From assembly GCA_035355675.1 (NCBI GenBank), contig DAOQRN010000002.1:1986-65985 (forward strand): a stretch of DNA of 64,000 bases, written 5' to 3'. The notes under the pieces were generated by a model, which saw nothing but the letters and a program-made list of their open reading frames with translations, made no database searches and was not told the origin of the DNA. Below are positions 47,377 through 56,250 of the stretch, in pieces; within the stretch, counting starts at the first letter, position 1; each line of letters begins with the position of its first letter. The stretch is from an archaeon. Lineage in GTDB: Archaea; Iainarchaeota; Iainarchaeia; Iainarchaeales; JAAZKV01. The position numbers and the translations under genes are program-made.

Positions 47377-47595
47377 TTATGGTTCTTCTGTTGGTGCTAC
47401 ATACCCTGGACATCCTTCTACTGTGTTGTCTCTTAGGCAGTTTAGATCATTCATTTCATTATTATAGTCACCTGTACTTACATCATCTTGTGAACTAAGT
47501 ACTCCTGTTAGTGCTACTATTACAACAGCAACTACAAGTATTGCAGCTCCAATTATTAGTAAGTATTCTATTGCTCCTTGTGCTCTTTCTTCCAT
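47377..47595 (-). CDS. Short type IV pilin (72 aa); candidate major pilin
   Basis: MEERAQ|GAIEYLLIIGAAILVVAVVIVALTGVLSS, with a very short C-terminal domain (two Cys) and a strong downstream terminator hairpin. Confidence 0.7.
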   Translation of the reverse strand: MEERAQGAIEYLLIIGAAILVVAVVIVALTGVLSSQDDVSTGDYNNEMNDLNCLRDNTVEGCPGYVAPTEEP

Positions 47596-47649
47596 TGTTT
47601 TCCCTCCATTTTTAGTAAAAATAACTTATCTTATAAGGTTTTTCTCATT

Positions 47650-47797
47650 TTTAAGGGTTTTGTTTTTGTTGTGTTTGGGTAGTTTCACTAATTGTGCTTG
47701 CAGTATTTTTCATAAATAAAGCAACTGCGGTTGCAATTACAACAACAAATAATAATCCTAAAATTACTTCAAATTGTGCTTGTGCTCTTTCTTCCAT
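47650..47797 (-). pseudogene. Pilin paralog with an apparent frameshift in an A5 homopolymer
   Basis: The ATG sits directly after the TadC-like stop. Frame 1 reads MEERAQAQFEVIF then junk to a stop. Frame -1 after the A-run would read ...LGLLFVVVIATAVALFMKNTASTISETTQTQQKQNP, a complete pilin. Confidence 0.4.
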
Positions 47798-48715
47798 CTA
47801 CATTGCCCCCATTAAAAATATTTTTAGTATAATTACTGATATATAATATACAATAAAAGCTGTTAATAATAGTATTGGGATGTAGATTATTGCTTTGTTA
47901 GGTTTTCCATCACGTATTAGTGCCATTATTGTTCCGCTTCCAATAACTTCAATTATTAAGTATCCTTGAGTGATTATTAGAATAAGATCACTGTTTGTTT
48001 TTGTTTGTATTGCTTGTGCGGCATTAATTTGGGTACTTAGCACTGTTGAAAACATTCCCATTATTGCAGTGATTTCTCCAAATATTATTGGTGCAATTAT
48101 TCCTCCTGCAGCTATCATAAATAAAAATTGCATTTGGGTGTTAGATTTTCTTTCTTCTTTTAATTTGTGCATGTCTCTTACATCTTCTGAAATGTCATCA
48201 AGTACTTCTGCAAGACTTGCTCCGGTTTTTATTGAATCAAGAATTATTGTTATTGTTCTCCGCACTAACTTTGAGTCAATTCTTTCAGAAAATCCTCTAA
48301 GCGAACTATCAATATTTGTTCCTTCTTCAAGTCTTCTTAAACTAATTTCCATTTCTTCAGATAGTCTTCCATAATCTGCATTTGCTACTTCTCTTAATGC
48401 ACTTTCATAAGTATCTCCTGCTTTAAGTGTGTCAGCCATTTGTTTTAGTGCATCACTAAAGTTTGATTCAATTGAATCAATTATTGTTTCTTTTTTCATG
48501 TAGGGATAACCCAAACTTAGAACGAGTGTTGCAATTGCAAATGCTATTGGCAATAAATTTGCCTCTTTAATAAAAAAGGAACTTATAATTAATACTAAAA
48601 TGAATATTATGATTGTTGAAATTAAGGATAAAGTTATCCATTTTTTTGCATCATATTGTAGTCGGCAAAACTTTAATATGATTTCATAATCTTCAATCAA
48701 TTTTTTTATTTCCAT
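47798..48715 (-). CDS. TadC/FlaJ-like pilus assembly membrane protein (T2SS-F domain)
   Basis: 305 aa with an N-terminal cytoplasmic domain then TM helices. The cytoplasmic GDTYESALREVANADYGRLSEEMEISLRRLEEGTNIDSSLRGF matches the T2SSF/TadC pattern. Confidence 0.7.
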   Translation of the reverse strand: MEIKKLIEDYEIILKFCRLQYDAKKWITLSLISTIIIFILVLIISSFFIKEANLLPIAFAIATLVLSLGYPYMKKETIIDSIESNFSDALKQMADTLKAGDTYESALREVANADYGRLSEEMEISLRRLEEGTNIDSSLRGFSERIDSKLVRRTITIILDSIKTGASLAEVLDDISEDVRDMHKLKEERKSNTQMQFLFMIAAGGIIAPIIFGEITAIMGMFSTVLSTQINAAQAIQTKTNSDLILIITQGYLIIEVIGSGTIMALIRDGKPNKAIIYIPILLLTAFIVYYISVIILKIFLMGAM

Positions 48716-48732
48716 TTTTTATCACTACTTTT

Positions 48733-49833
48733 TTATATTTGTGGTTGCATTTTGTATACCATATAATTCATAAATATAAAAATCATTGGCATTATTATAA
48801 AATAAATTATTAACAAAACATCTATTGTTAGGGGAACTGATTTGAATAATTCTTTACCTGTTGTTGCAAGCGGGGAGTTTCTTATTGATCCAAGAATTAA
48901 TATTGATACTGGTAAAATTATTCCTAAAAATATAAAAATGACTGCAAAAAAATTCATGCTTTGTGAGAAAGAACTTATTTTATTTTTTAAATCATTTGTA
49001 ACATCTTTTGCAATATCATTCATTACTTCTGAAAGGTTTCCTCCAATTCTCATAGCTCTTAATATGTGGTTTATTGTTGTTTTTAGTGGTCTTAACTGGG
49101 TTCTTAGAGATAAGTGTTTTAAAGCAATATTTGTGTCAGTTCCTTCTTCTATTTCATTAATTGTTTTTGAAAATTCTTCACTTAGTACTCCATAATCATT
49201 TGAAGCAATCGCTTGCATTGCTTTGTAAAGTCCAATTCCTGATTTTAATTCAGTTGCCATATGTCTTAAAGCAAAAGGGAGTTCTGTTGAACATAAATTT
49301 CCTCTTTCTATTGCTTTACTTTTTGGTAATTGTATTATTATTATTGTGGAAATTAAAGTTCCAAATACCCCAAATATTGGGGGTAATAAGGCAATGAGTG
49401 CAAGATTTCTAGTAAAAATTGAAATTAATAATCCAATAATTACTGAAAACAATCCTATTACTAGTCCTGCTGTTGTTGATAGTGCTAAGTATTGATTTGC
49501 TGAGTATTGCATATTTGCTGAGTATAAATAAAATCCTAGTTCTTGTGTCATTGGAAAATTTTTAAAATAATTTTGTAAAGGTTTTATTACATTTTTTATT
49601 TTTAAGTAGAGTGATCCTATTTGTTTTGTTAGGTCTGAACCAAATTCTTCTACGTCTTCTTGTGTATCAATATCAATTTTTGCATAAGTGTCTTCTGCAA
49701 TGATTCCTCTCATTTCTTTAAGGCTAGTATTTACTTCATCAATTACGAGTCCCTCTTCTCGGTATTTTTTTTTCATTGTTTCAACTATTTTAGTAACTTC
49801 GTTTTCATCTATTGATAAGGTTTCACTACTCAT
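48733..49833 (-). CDS. TadB/FlaJ-like pilus assembly membrane protein (T2SS-F domain)
   Basis: 366 aa. GIGLYKAMQAIASNDYGVLSEEFSKTINEIEEGTDTNIALKHL matches the T2SSF cytoplasmic domain and TM helices flank it. Confidence 0.7.
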   Translation of the reverse strand: MSSETLSIDENEVTKIVETMKKKYREEGLVIDEVNTSLKEMRGIIAEDTYAKIDIDTQEDVEEFGSDLTKQIGSLYLKIKNVIKPLQNYFKNFPMTQELGFYLYSANMQYSANQYLALSTTAGLVIGLFSVIIGLLISIFTRNLALIALLPPIFGVFGTLISTIIIIQLPKSKAIERGNLCSTELPFALRHMATELKSGIGLYKAMQAIASNDYGVLSEEFSKTINEIEEGTDTNIALKHLSLRTQLRPLKTTINHILRAMRIGGNLSEVMNDIAKDVTNDLKNKISSFSQSMNFFAVIFIFLGIILPVSILILGSIRNSPLATTGKELFKSVPLTIDVLLIIYFIIMPMIFIFMNYMVYKMQPQI

Positions 49834-51512
49834 TGTGTGTCACCAATTTTTCTTCTTTGTTCTAAAAATAATTTTGCTTCTTTTGAAACTTGTTTTATTT
49901 CTCTAGTATTTTTTTCTAAAAGTTTTTCTAAAAATTGTTTTCTTATTTCAATTTCTGCATATATTTGTTCTCTTGATAGTCCTGTAAAGTTTTGTAAATT
50001 TTTTAAGTATTGGCTTTCAAGTATTGTTCGTTCGATTCTATCTTTTGCAGGGTCTCTTTGGAATATTGTTTGTGTTTTTGGTTTTCCATCGAGTGCGCCA
50101 TATATTTCTGCGATTTCAGTTATTCTTCTTATAGTTCCTTTTTTTCTATCATAATATCTGTGTTCAACAATAATTATGTCTAGTCCTGATAACATTACTT
50201 CTGGAACATTCATTGGGGGTGTTGTTACTCTTATGATTGTTTCTTGTGGACTATTTGCGTGTACTGTTCCTAAACATCCATCGTGTCCTGTGTTTATTGC
50301 AGTGAATAAAGTGAATGCTTCTTCATGTCTTATTTCTCCAACAATTATTCTATCGGGTCTCATTCTTAAAGAATTTTTTGTTAAAATATCTAATTTTAGT
50401 TCTCCTGTTCCTTCTATTCCTGGAGGTCTTGCTTCAAGTCTTATCCAATGGTTTGTTGGAATATTTATTTCAGCAGTGTCTTCGATTGTGATTATTCTTT
50501 CTCTGTCTGGAATTAATGCTGCAAGTACATTTAGTAGTGTTGTTTTTCCTGACCCTGTTCCTCCCGCAATTAACATATTTGCTGGTTTTGTATTCATTCC
50601 TTCTACACATAACCAAAGGAATGCAGCCACTTCGCTTGAAACAGTATTCATTTTTATTAAGTCAATTATTGAATATGGGTCTTCTCTAAATTTTCTAATA
50701 GTTAGTGTTCCTCCACTTATACTTGCTGGGGGAATTGTTGCATTTACTCTTGAACCATCAGTCAATCTTGCATCAAGTAATGGTGAAGATACATCAACTC
50801 TTCTTCCAATTTCTCTTGCAATTCTATTAATTAGATCTTCAATTTCTTGTTCTGAAAAAAATTCAATATTTGTTTGCATCATTTCATAGTCTCTGTGAAA
50901 TACAAAAACTGGTTTTTTCGCACCAATTATCATTATTTCTTCTAAATTATCATCTTTAATTAATTCATCGATTAATCCATACCCTACCATTTCTCTAACA
51001 ACAGCTTCTGCATAGAATAGTGTTTTACTTTCTGGAATTCTTAAACTTGGGTTGTTTTGAATTATTTCTATTACTTTTTGTTTGTAAATTATTCTTTTTT
51101 CTTCTTGGTTCCTTATTTTATATGGAGCAATACTAACGAGTCTTGTTGTCGCTTCTTTTATTGTGTTAATTATTTTTCTTTCAATTGCAGTTGGTCTTAT
51201 TGTTGGGACGTAATAGTAGTTTAGTGGTTTTCCTGGAATTTTATATATTTTTACTTTCCCATAACTTGATAGTTCAATTTTTTTTTCTTGTTCAAGTTCT
51301 TTTTCAAATTCATTTTGTTCTGATGATGGTTCAATAACTATGTCCCCTTCAATTTTTTTCATTTCTTCTTTTGTTACTGTTTTTGCCAGTTCTTCTTCTT
51401 TTTCTTCAGGTTTATTTTGTATTAGCGTATCAATTTTTTGTTCAGTGTTTGTTGTTTCTTTTTTTGCTTCTTTCATTAATTCAGCAAGATAGTCTGTAGT
51501 CATTTTAATCAC
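49830..51512 (-). CDS. Type IV pilus assembly ATPase (FlaI/TadA/VirB11 family)
   Basis: Walker A MLIAGGTGSGKTTLLN, Asp box TIEDTAE, Walker B/His box RIIVGEIRHEEAFTLFTAINTGHDGCLGTVHANS. It overlaps the TadB-like gene by 4 nt. Confidence 0.9.
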   Translation of the reverse strand: MIKMTTDYLAELMKEAKKETTNTEQKIDTLIQNKPEEKEEELAKTVTKEEMKKIEGDIVIEPSSEQNEFEKELEQEKKIELSSYGKVKIYKIPGKPLNYYYVPTIRPTAIERKIINTIKEATTRLVSIAPYKIRNQEEKRIIYKQKVIEIIQNNPSLRIPESKTLFYAEAVVREMVGYGLIDELIKDDNLEEIMIIGAKKPVFVFHRDYEMMQTNIEFFSEQEIEDLINRIAREIGRRVDVSSPLLDARLTDGSRVNATIPPASISGGTLTIRKFREDPYSIIDLIKMNTVSSEVAAFLWLCVEGMNTKPANMLIAGGTGSGKTTLLNVLAALIPDRERIITIEDTAEINIPTNHWIRLEARPPGIEGTGELKLDILTKNSLRMRPDRIIVGEIRHEEAFTLFTAINTGHDGCLGTVHANSPQETIIRVTTPPMNVPEVMLSGLDIIIVEHRYYDRKKGTIRRITEIAEIYGALDGKPKTQTIFQRDPAKDRIERTILESQYLKNLQNFTGLSREQIYAEIEIRKQFLEKLLEKNTREIKQVSKEAKLFLEQRRKIGDTQ

Positions 51513-51637
51513 TAAAACTTAGGTTTTTTAGTTATTTAAGGTTTGCTTTGGAGTGTTTCTTTTAAGAAATTTGTTTATTTTTTTAGTACTTTTTGTTGTT
51601 TGGAGTTTTTGCTTTTTGTTTATTTTTTTAGTACAAT

Positions 51638-53395
51638 TTATTTTTTCTCTTTGATTTCTTTTTTAATTTTTTCAATAAATTCTTCTATTTTTAGTATTTC
51701 TTGTTCTCCAACTCGCGGTCTTACTGCGACTTTTCCTTCTGTTTCTTCTTTTGCTCCAACAACAATTATGTAGGGTACTTTTTCTTTTTGAGCGTCTCGT
51801 ATTCTATATCCTAGTGTTTCGTTTCTATCATCAATTTTCACTCTTATTTCATTTTCAAGTAATTCTTTTTTTACTTTATTAGCATAATCATTAAATTTTT
51901 CTGATATGGAAATTATTCTTACTTGTTCTGGCGATAACCATGTTGGGAATGCTCCTTTGTATTTTTCAATAAGCATTGCCATTGTTCTTTCATAGCATCC
52001 AATTGATGAACGGTGTATTATATATGGCCTCTTTTTTTGTCCGTCGCTATCCACATAGGTCATATCAAATCTTTCTGGCAAAGCAAAATCAATTTGTACT
52101 GTAATTAGTGTGTCTTCTTTTCCATAAACATTTTTTGTTTGCAAGTCTAGTTTTGGTCCGTAGAATGCTGCTTCTCCTTCTGCTTCAACATATTTTATTC
52201 CTAAGTGATCTAATATTTTTTTCATTTCATTTTGAGAGTGTTTCCATGCATCAGGGTTATCAATATATTTTCCTTTTTTGTTTTCAGGGTCCCATTTTGA
52301 GAATCTATAAGTAATATCTTCTCTTATTCCAAGAGTGTCCATTACATAATTAATTAAATTAATTACTTCTTTGAATTCGTTTTCTAGTTGTTCTGGAGTC
52401 ACTATAATGTGTCCTTCTGATAGAGTGAATTGTCTTACTCTAGTTAATCCATGCATTTCTCCTGATGATTCATTTCTAAATAGTACTGAAGTTTCCGCAT
52501 ATTTTATTGGTAGGTCTTTGTATGATTTTAATCCATTTTTATAAATTAAGAATTGATAGGGACAAGTCATTGGTCTTAGGGCCATTACTTCTCCTGGATT
52601 TTTTTCATCTCCAAGCATGAACATTCCGTCTTTGTAGTGCTCCCAGTGTCCTGACACTTTATATAAATCGCTTTTCGCCATGTATGGAGTTCTAGTGTAA
52701 ACATATCCTCTTTTTTCTTCTTCATCTTCAATAAATCTTGTTAGTATTTGGAATAATTTTGCTCCTTTTGGCATTAGTAATGGTAATCCTTGTCCGATTA
52801 GTTCATGTGTCATGAACAAATTTTGTTCTCTCCCAATTTTGTTGTGGTCTGAGCTTTCTGCTTCGTCTCTAAGTTTTATCCAGTTATCAAGTTCTTGTTG
52901 TGTTTTAAATGCGATTCCATATACTCTTTGTAATTGTTTGTTTTTTTCGTTTCCTTTCCAGTATGCTGAACTCATTTTTAGTAATTTTATTGCACCAATT
53001 TCACTAGTACTTTCTAGATGTGGGCCTTTGCACATGTCTAAAAAATTCCCTGTTTTGTATGTTGAAATTTCTTTTTCTCCACTTGTTTTTAAATCATTAA
53101 TTAGTTCCACTTTGTATGAATTATTTTTAAATACTTCAAGTGCTTCATTAATTGGGATAATTTTTTGTTCCATTATTTCTTTTCTTGATAAAATTTCTTT
53201 CATTTTTTCTTCAACTTTTTCAAGATCTTTTTCATTTAAATTTTTGTCTAGTTCAAAATCATAATGAAACCCCATTTCAATTGGTGGTCCTATAGCAATT
53301 TTCACATTTGGGTAAATTTCCGTTAGTGCTGAAGCGAATACGTGTGCAGCAGTATGCCACATTTTTTCATTTCTTATTGCTTCTTCATTACTCAT
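51638..53395 (-). CDS. thrS: Threonyl-tRNA synthetase (lacking an N-terminal TGS domain)
   Basis: SAD-like N-terminus (WHTAAHVFASAL...GFHYDF), DHNKIGREQNLFMTHE...GLPLLMPKGA, class II motif 2 LFRNESSGEMHGLTRVRQFT, and a C-terminal anticodon-binding domain. Confidence 0.8.
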   Translation of the reverse strand: MSNEEAIRNEKMWHTAAHVFASALTEIYPNVKIAIGPPIEMGFHYDFELDKNLNEKDLEKVEEKMKEILSRKEIMEQKIIPINEALEVFKNNSYKVELINDLKTSGEKEISTYKTGNFLDMCKGPHLESTSEIGAIKLLKMSSAYWKGNEKNKQLQRVYGIAFKTQQELDNWIKLRDEAESSDHNKIGREQNLFMTHELIGQGLPLLMPKGAKLFQILTRFIEDEEEKRGYVYTRTPYMAKSDLYKVSGHWEHYKDGMFMLGDEKNPGEVMALRPMTCPYQFLIYKNGLKSYKDLPIKYAETSVLFRNESSGEMHGLTRVRQFTLSEGHIIVTPEQLENEFKEVINLINYVMDTLGIREDITYRFSKWDPENKKGKYIDNPDAWKHSQNEMKKILDHLGIKYVEAEGEAAFYGPKLDLQTKNVYGKEDTLITVQIDFALPERFDMTYVDSDGQKKRPYIIHRSSIGCYERTMAMLIEKYKGAFPTWLSPEQVRIISISEKFNDYANKVKKELLENEIRVKIDDRNETLGYRIRDAQKEKVPYIIVVGAKEETEGKVAVRPRVGEQEILKIEEFIEKIKKEIKEKK

Positions 53396-53617
53396 ATTTA
53401 TCCCTTTCCCTTTATTTTAAAAAAATCCTGCAAGAAAAGCCTTTTAAATTGCTTTTCAAGCTTTATTGAGTGGTCGTAGTACTAGTGCTTGTAATAGGCA
53501 TGAACTCAATTACTATTTCCATGAATAATTAGTGTTGCTGTTAGTATTTATATTTAAACAAAAAAATAATGTAACAAATTGTATAGTTTGTTTTGTGACT
53601 TTTGGTTAATTATAGTT

Positions 53618-53704
53618 TTATCTTTTTGCTCTTTGGCATTTTTCTTTTCCGCACGGCTTCACAAAGCCGGCATGTTGGTGAATATCGGCTCCACCGAATT
53701 CACC
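53618..53704 (-). pseudogene. Duplicated, diverged 3'-end fragment (29 codons plus stop) of the adjacent 53720..54256 gene
   Basis: The 28-nt block TTGCTCTTTGGCATTTTTCTTTTCCGCA is identical at about 53626-53653 and about 53728-53755. The fragment translates to GEFGGADIHQHAGFVKPCGKEKCQRAKR*, against ...EEGGRVFCREYHSLCGKEKCQRARR* in the intact gene. A 6-bp hairpin CGGCTT-CACA-AAGCCG lies inside it. Confidence 0.4.
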
Positions 53705-53719
53705 TTTTTATTAGTTTAA

Positions 53720-54256
53720 TTATCTTCTTGCTCTTTGGCATTTTTCTTTTCCGCAAAGTGAATGGTATTCTCTACAAAATACTCTTCCGCCTTCTTCTTT
53801 CATATGCCTGCATTCTTTCCATGTTGCAGGAGAGTACACTCCTGATTGTGATTCTATTACAACATTTTTTATAATATTACAATGTTTATCATCTACTCTT
53901 TGTTTTGATCTTGGTAAAATTATGTCGTCATCGCCAATTAGTTTTGGTTTTTGTTTAACTTCATTTTCAACTTCTTTTATCTCTTCTTGTTCTTTAATAT
54001 CTTCAATCATTTCTTTTGTACTATTATTTAGTTCTTCAGTTTTATTTATTGGAGTTGATTTAAAGTTTTTTGGATAAAGTTTTAGTTCAATATCGCTTGC
54101 TCCTGCAGCCATCATTGCTGGTGATGATCTATACGCTGATGTGTTTCCTTTTGGTCGTGGCATTTTTTGTATATCAATACTTTGTCCCATCGCTATCATT
54201 TTTTCATTCATTTTTCTTGTGCTTTCAACCAAATTTTTAAATGCCATTGTTACCAC
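53720..54256 (-). CDS. Hypothetical protein with a C-terminal Cys/His-rich (putative zinc-binding) tail
   Basis: 178 aa. The C-terminus reads HCNIIK...WKECRHMKEEGGRVFCREYHSLCGKEKCQRARR. Confidence 0.45.
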   Translation of the reverse strand: MVTMAFKNLVESTRKMNEKMIAMGQSIDIQKMPRPKGNTSAYRSSPAMMAAGASDIELKLYPKNFKSTPINKTEELNNSTKEMIEDIKEQEEIKEVENEVKQKPKLIGDDDIILPRSKQRVDDKHCNIIKNVVIESQSGVYSPATWKECRHMKEEGGRVFCREYHSLCGKEKCQRARR

Positions 54257-54412
54257 CGATCATTACAGTTTTTTAGTAATTCTATAATTATTTAATAGAA
54301 TATAAATCTTTTGGGTGGGTGGGTTTTTTGAAAATTTATTGTATTTATTTTTGGCAAATCAATAAAGGTATATTTATTTGTTAGTTTGCACTTTATAGAT
54401 TAGTGTTGATTT

Positions 54413-55645
54413 ATGATTTCTCCAGAACTTTGCATTAAGTGTAAAGGAAAATTACTTTGTGGACTTGATAAGTGTCCAATTCTTGAAAAACAATTCAAAC
54501 AATCAAGTATTGTTTCTTCAATGAAGGATAATAATTTTGTTGGAGCAACTCCGCCTGGTTTTTTTGTTTCTTGGCAATCTTATCCAAAAGTTGCAGTAGC
54601 CCCACTTTCTGCTTTACCTAGTGAAGTGAGTGAATTAAGTGATTTGCCAGAAAAATGGTATGGTTTGAGTCAAGAAAAAATTATTTCATTTAGAGAATCA
54701 CTTCTAAGGTCTTACAAAAAAATGCCAGTTTCTTTAGCATCAAATCCAAATTATGAGTTAGTTGATTTTCAAGAACTCGCAATGGCTTCTTCAATAGTGG
54801 AACTTGAAGTTAATTTAGCAAAAAAACCAAGAGATGATTTTTCTTTTGATTCATTTACTGCACCAATGGGGCCTTCAGCAGAATTAAACAAATTATCAAT
54901 TATTGAGAATCCAAAAATTCCTCAAAAAGTGGACTATTTGCATAATGATGTTGCAGCAAAATCAAACACTGCATTAATTGAATTATACAAAGATGGTGTT
55001 CCAGTTTCTTCTTTATCAAAAATTCTTTCAGCAGGAGTTCTTGGAGTAAAAAAAAATAGAAAACTTGTTCCAACTCGTTGGAGTATTACAGCAGTTGACT
55101 CAAATTTATCAAAATATTTAATTAATGAAAAAGTTTCACAAGGAAAAATAATTGATTCTTTTAAATTATTTAATTCAAATTATTTAGACAATAATTTTTG
55201 GGTATTATTAATGCCTTATCCTTGGAGTTTTGAACAAATAGAAACTTGGTTACCTGGAGGAATATGGAATAAAGAATCAACAGAGTTTAATGTATTATCA
55301 GATCATGAATTAAACACTGGATTAAAAGGATATCCTGAAGAAACAGAAGGGGCTTACTTTGCTGCACGCCTTGCTGTTTCAGAGTATTTATCAGAAAATA
55401 AATCAAATGCAGCAGCAATTGTTTTTAGAGAAATTGGAAAAGATTATGCAGTTCCTTTGGGAGTTTGGCAAATTAGAGAAAATGTTCGTGCTGCGTTAAA
55501 ACAAAAGCCATTAGATTTTTCGACTCTTGATTTAACTCTTGATTTTTTATCAAAAAAACTAATAGTTCCTGTCACACAATACAAAAATAAATCAATTTTA
55601 TTAAAATACTTTAAACAACAAACAAGACTAAATCAATGGTTTTAG
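54413..55645 (+). CDS. Nre-like candidate DNA-repair protein: N-terminal C4 zinc finger plus a C-terminal PIP-box-like motif
   Basis: The N-terminus CIKCKGKLLCGLDKCP gives four Cys. The C-terminus ...QQTRLNQWF fits a QxxLxxWF PCNA-interacting motif. The roughly 410-aa length is typical of archaeal NreA/NreB. This is a recollection-based call. Confidence 0.35.
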   Translation: MISPELCIKCKGKLLCGLDKCPILEKQFKQSSIVSSMKDNNFVGATPPGFFVSWQSYPKVAVAPLSALPSEVSELSDLPEKWYGLSQEKIISFRESLLRSYKKMPVSLASNPNYELVDFQELAMASSIVELEVNLAKKPRDDFSFDSFTAPMGPSAELNKLSIIENPKIPQKVDYLHNDVAAKSNTALIELYKDGVPVSSLSKILSAGVLGVKKNRKLVPTRWSITAVDSNLSKYLINEKVSQGKIIDSFKLFNSNYLDNNFWVLLMPYPWSFEQIETWLPGGIWNKESTEFNVLSDHELNTGLKGYPEETEGAYFAARLAVSEYLSENKSNAAAIVFREIGKDYAVPLGVWQIRENVRAALKQKPLDFSTLDLTLDFLSKKLIVPVTQYKNKSILLKYFKQQTRLNQWF

Positions 55646-55725
55646 ATTTTAAAAAATAGTTATTTAAAAATAAAATTAATTATTTTTTTATTTTAATTTT
55701 TTATTTGTTTTATTTTTTTAAATTT

Positions 55726-56250
55726 TTATCTTAATAAATTATCAGTTAATTTTCTTAATTTTAAAGAATTGATTGTCGCAGCGTAAATAACATCTCCTGT
55801 GGCACACATGGCTTTTTTTTGTTCACCCATTAATGCAACAAGAAATGCGTTGTATAATTTTTGAGTTTCTTTTTCAGCATTTTTTCCAACTAATATTTCT
55901 CTAATTAAGATTTGTGATCTTTCATGAATTATTTTTTTAAAAAAAGGATTTGTAATTCCATAATGAGATATTATTTTTCCTGTTGTTTTTTGGGTAGCAA
56001 CTCTTAGTTCTTTGTTTTGTGATTTTTTTACTCTTCTTAAAATTAATTTTGATTCATGTGCAATTGCTTGGAGTTGTTCTTGATAAGGTCTCTCTCTTTG
56101 TGCTTCCCTATCAACTAATTTTTCTAAATGATTCATTTCACTTCTTGCCTTGTATTCTCTTTGAGCAATTTTTGATGCAGAAACTACAAGTTGTTTAGGT
56201 TTTAATAAGAATTTTTTTCTCGCTTCAATTGTTGGAGCCAATTTTTTCAC
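55726..56250 (-). CDS. Hypothetical helical protein, encoded immediately downstream of rfcS
   Basis: 174 aa, basic and helical. No motif recognised. It abuts the RFC small subunit with no gap. Confidence 0.4.
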   Translation of the reverse strand: MKKLAPTIEARKKFLLKPKQLVVSASKIAQREYKARSEMNHLEKLVDREAQRERPYQEQLQAIAHESKLILRRVKKSQNKELRVATQKTTGKIISHYGITNPFFKKIIHERSQILIREILVGKNAEKETQKLYNAFLVALMGEQKKAMCATGDVIYAATINSLKLRKLTDNLLR

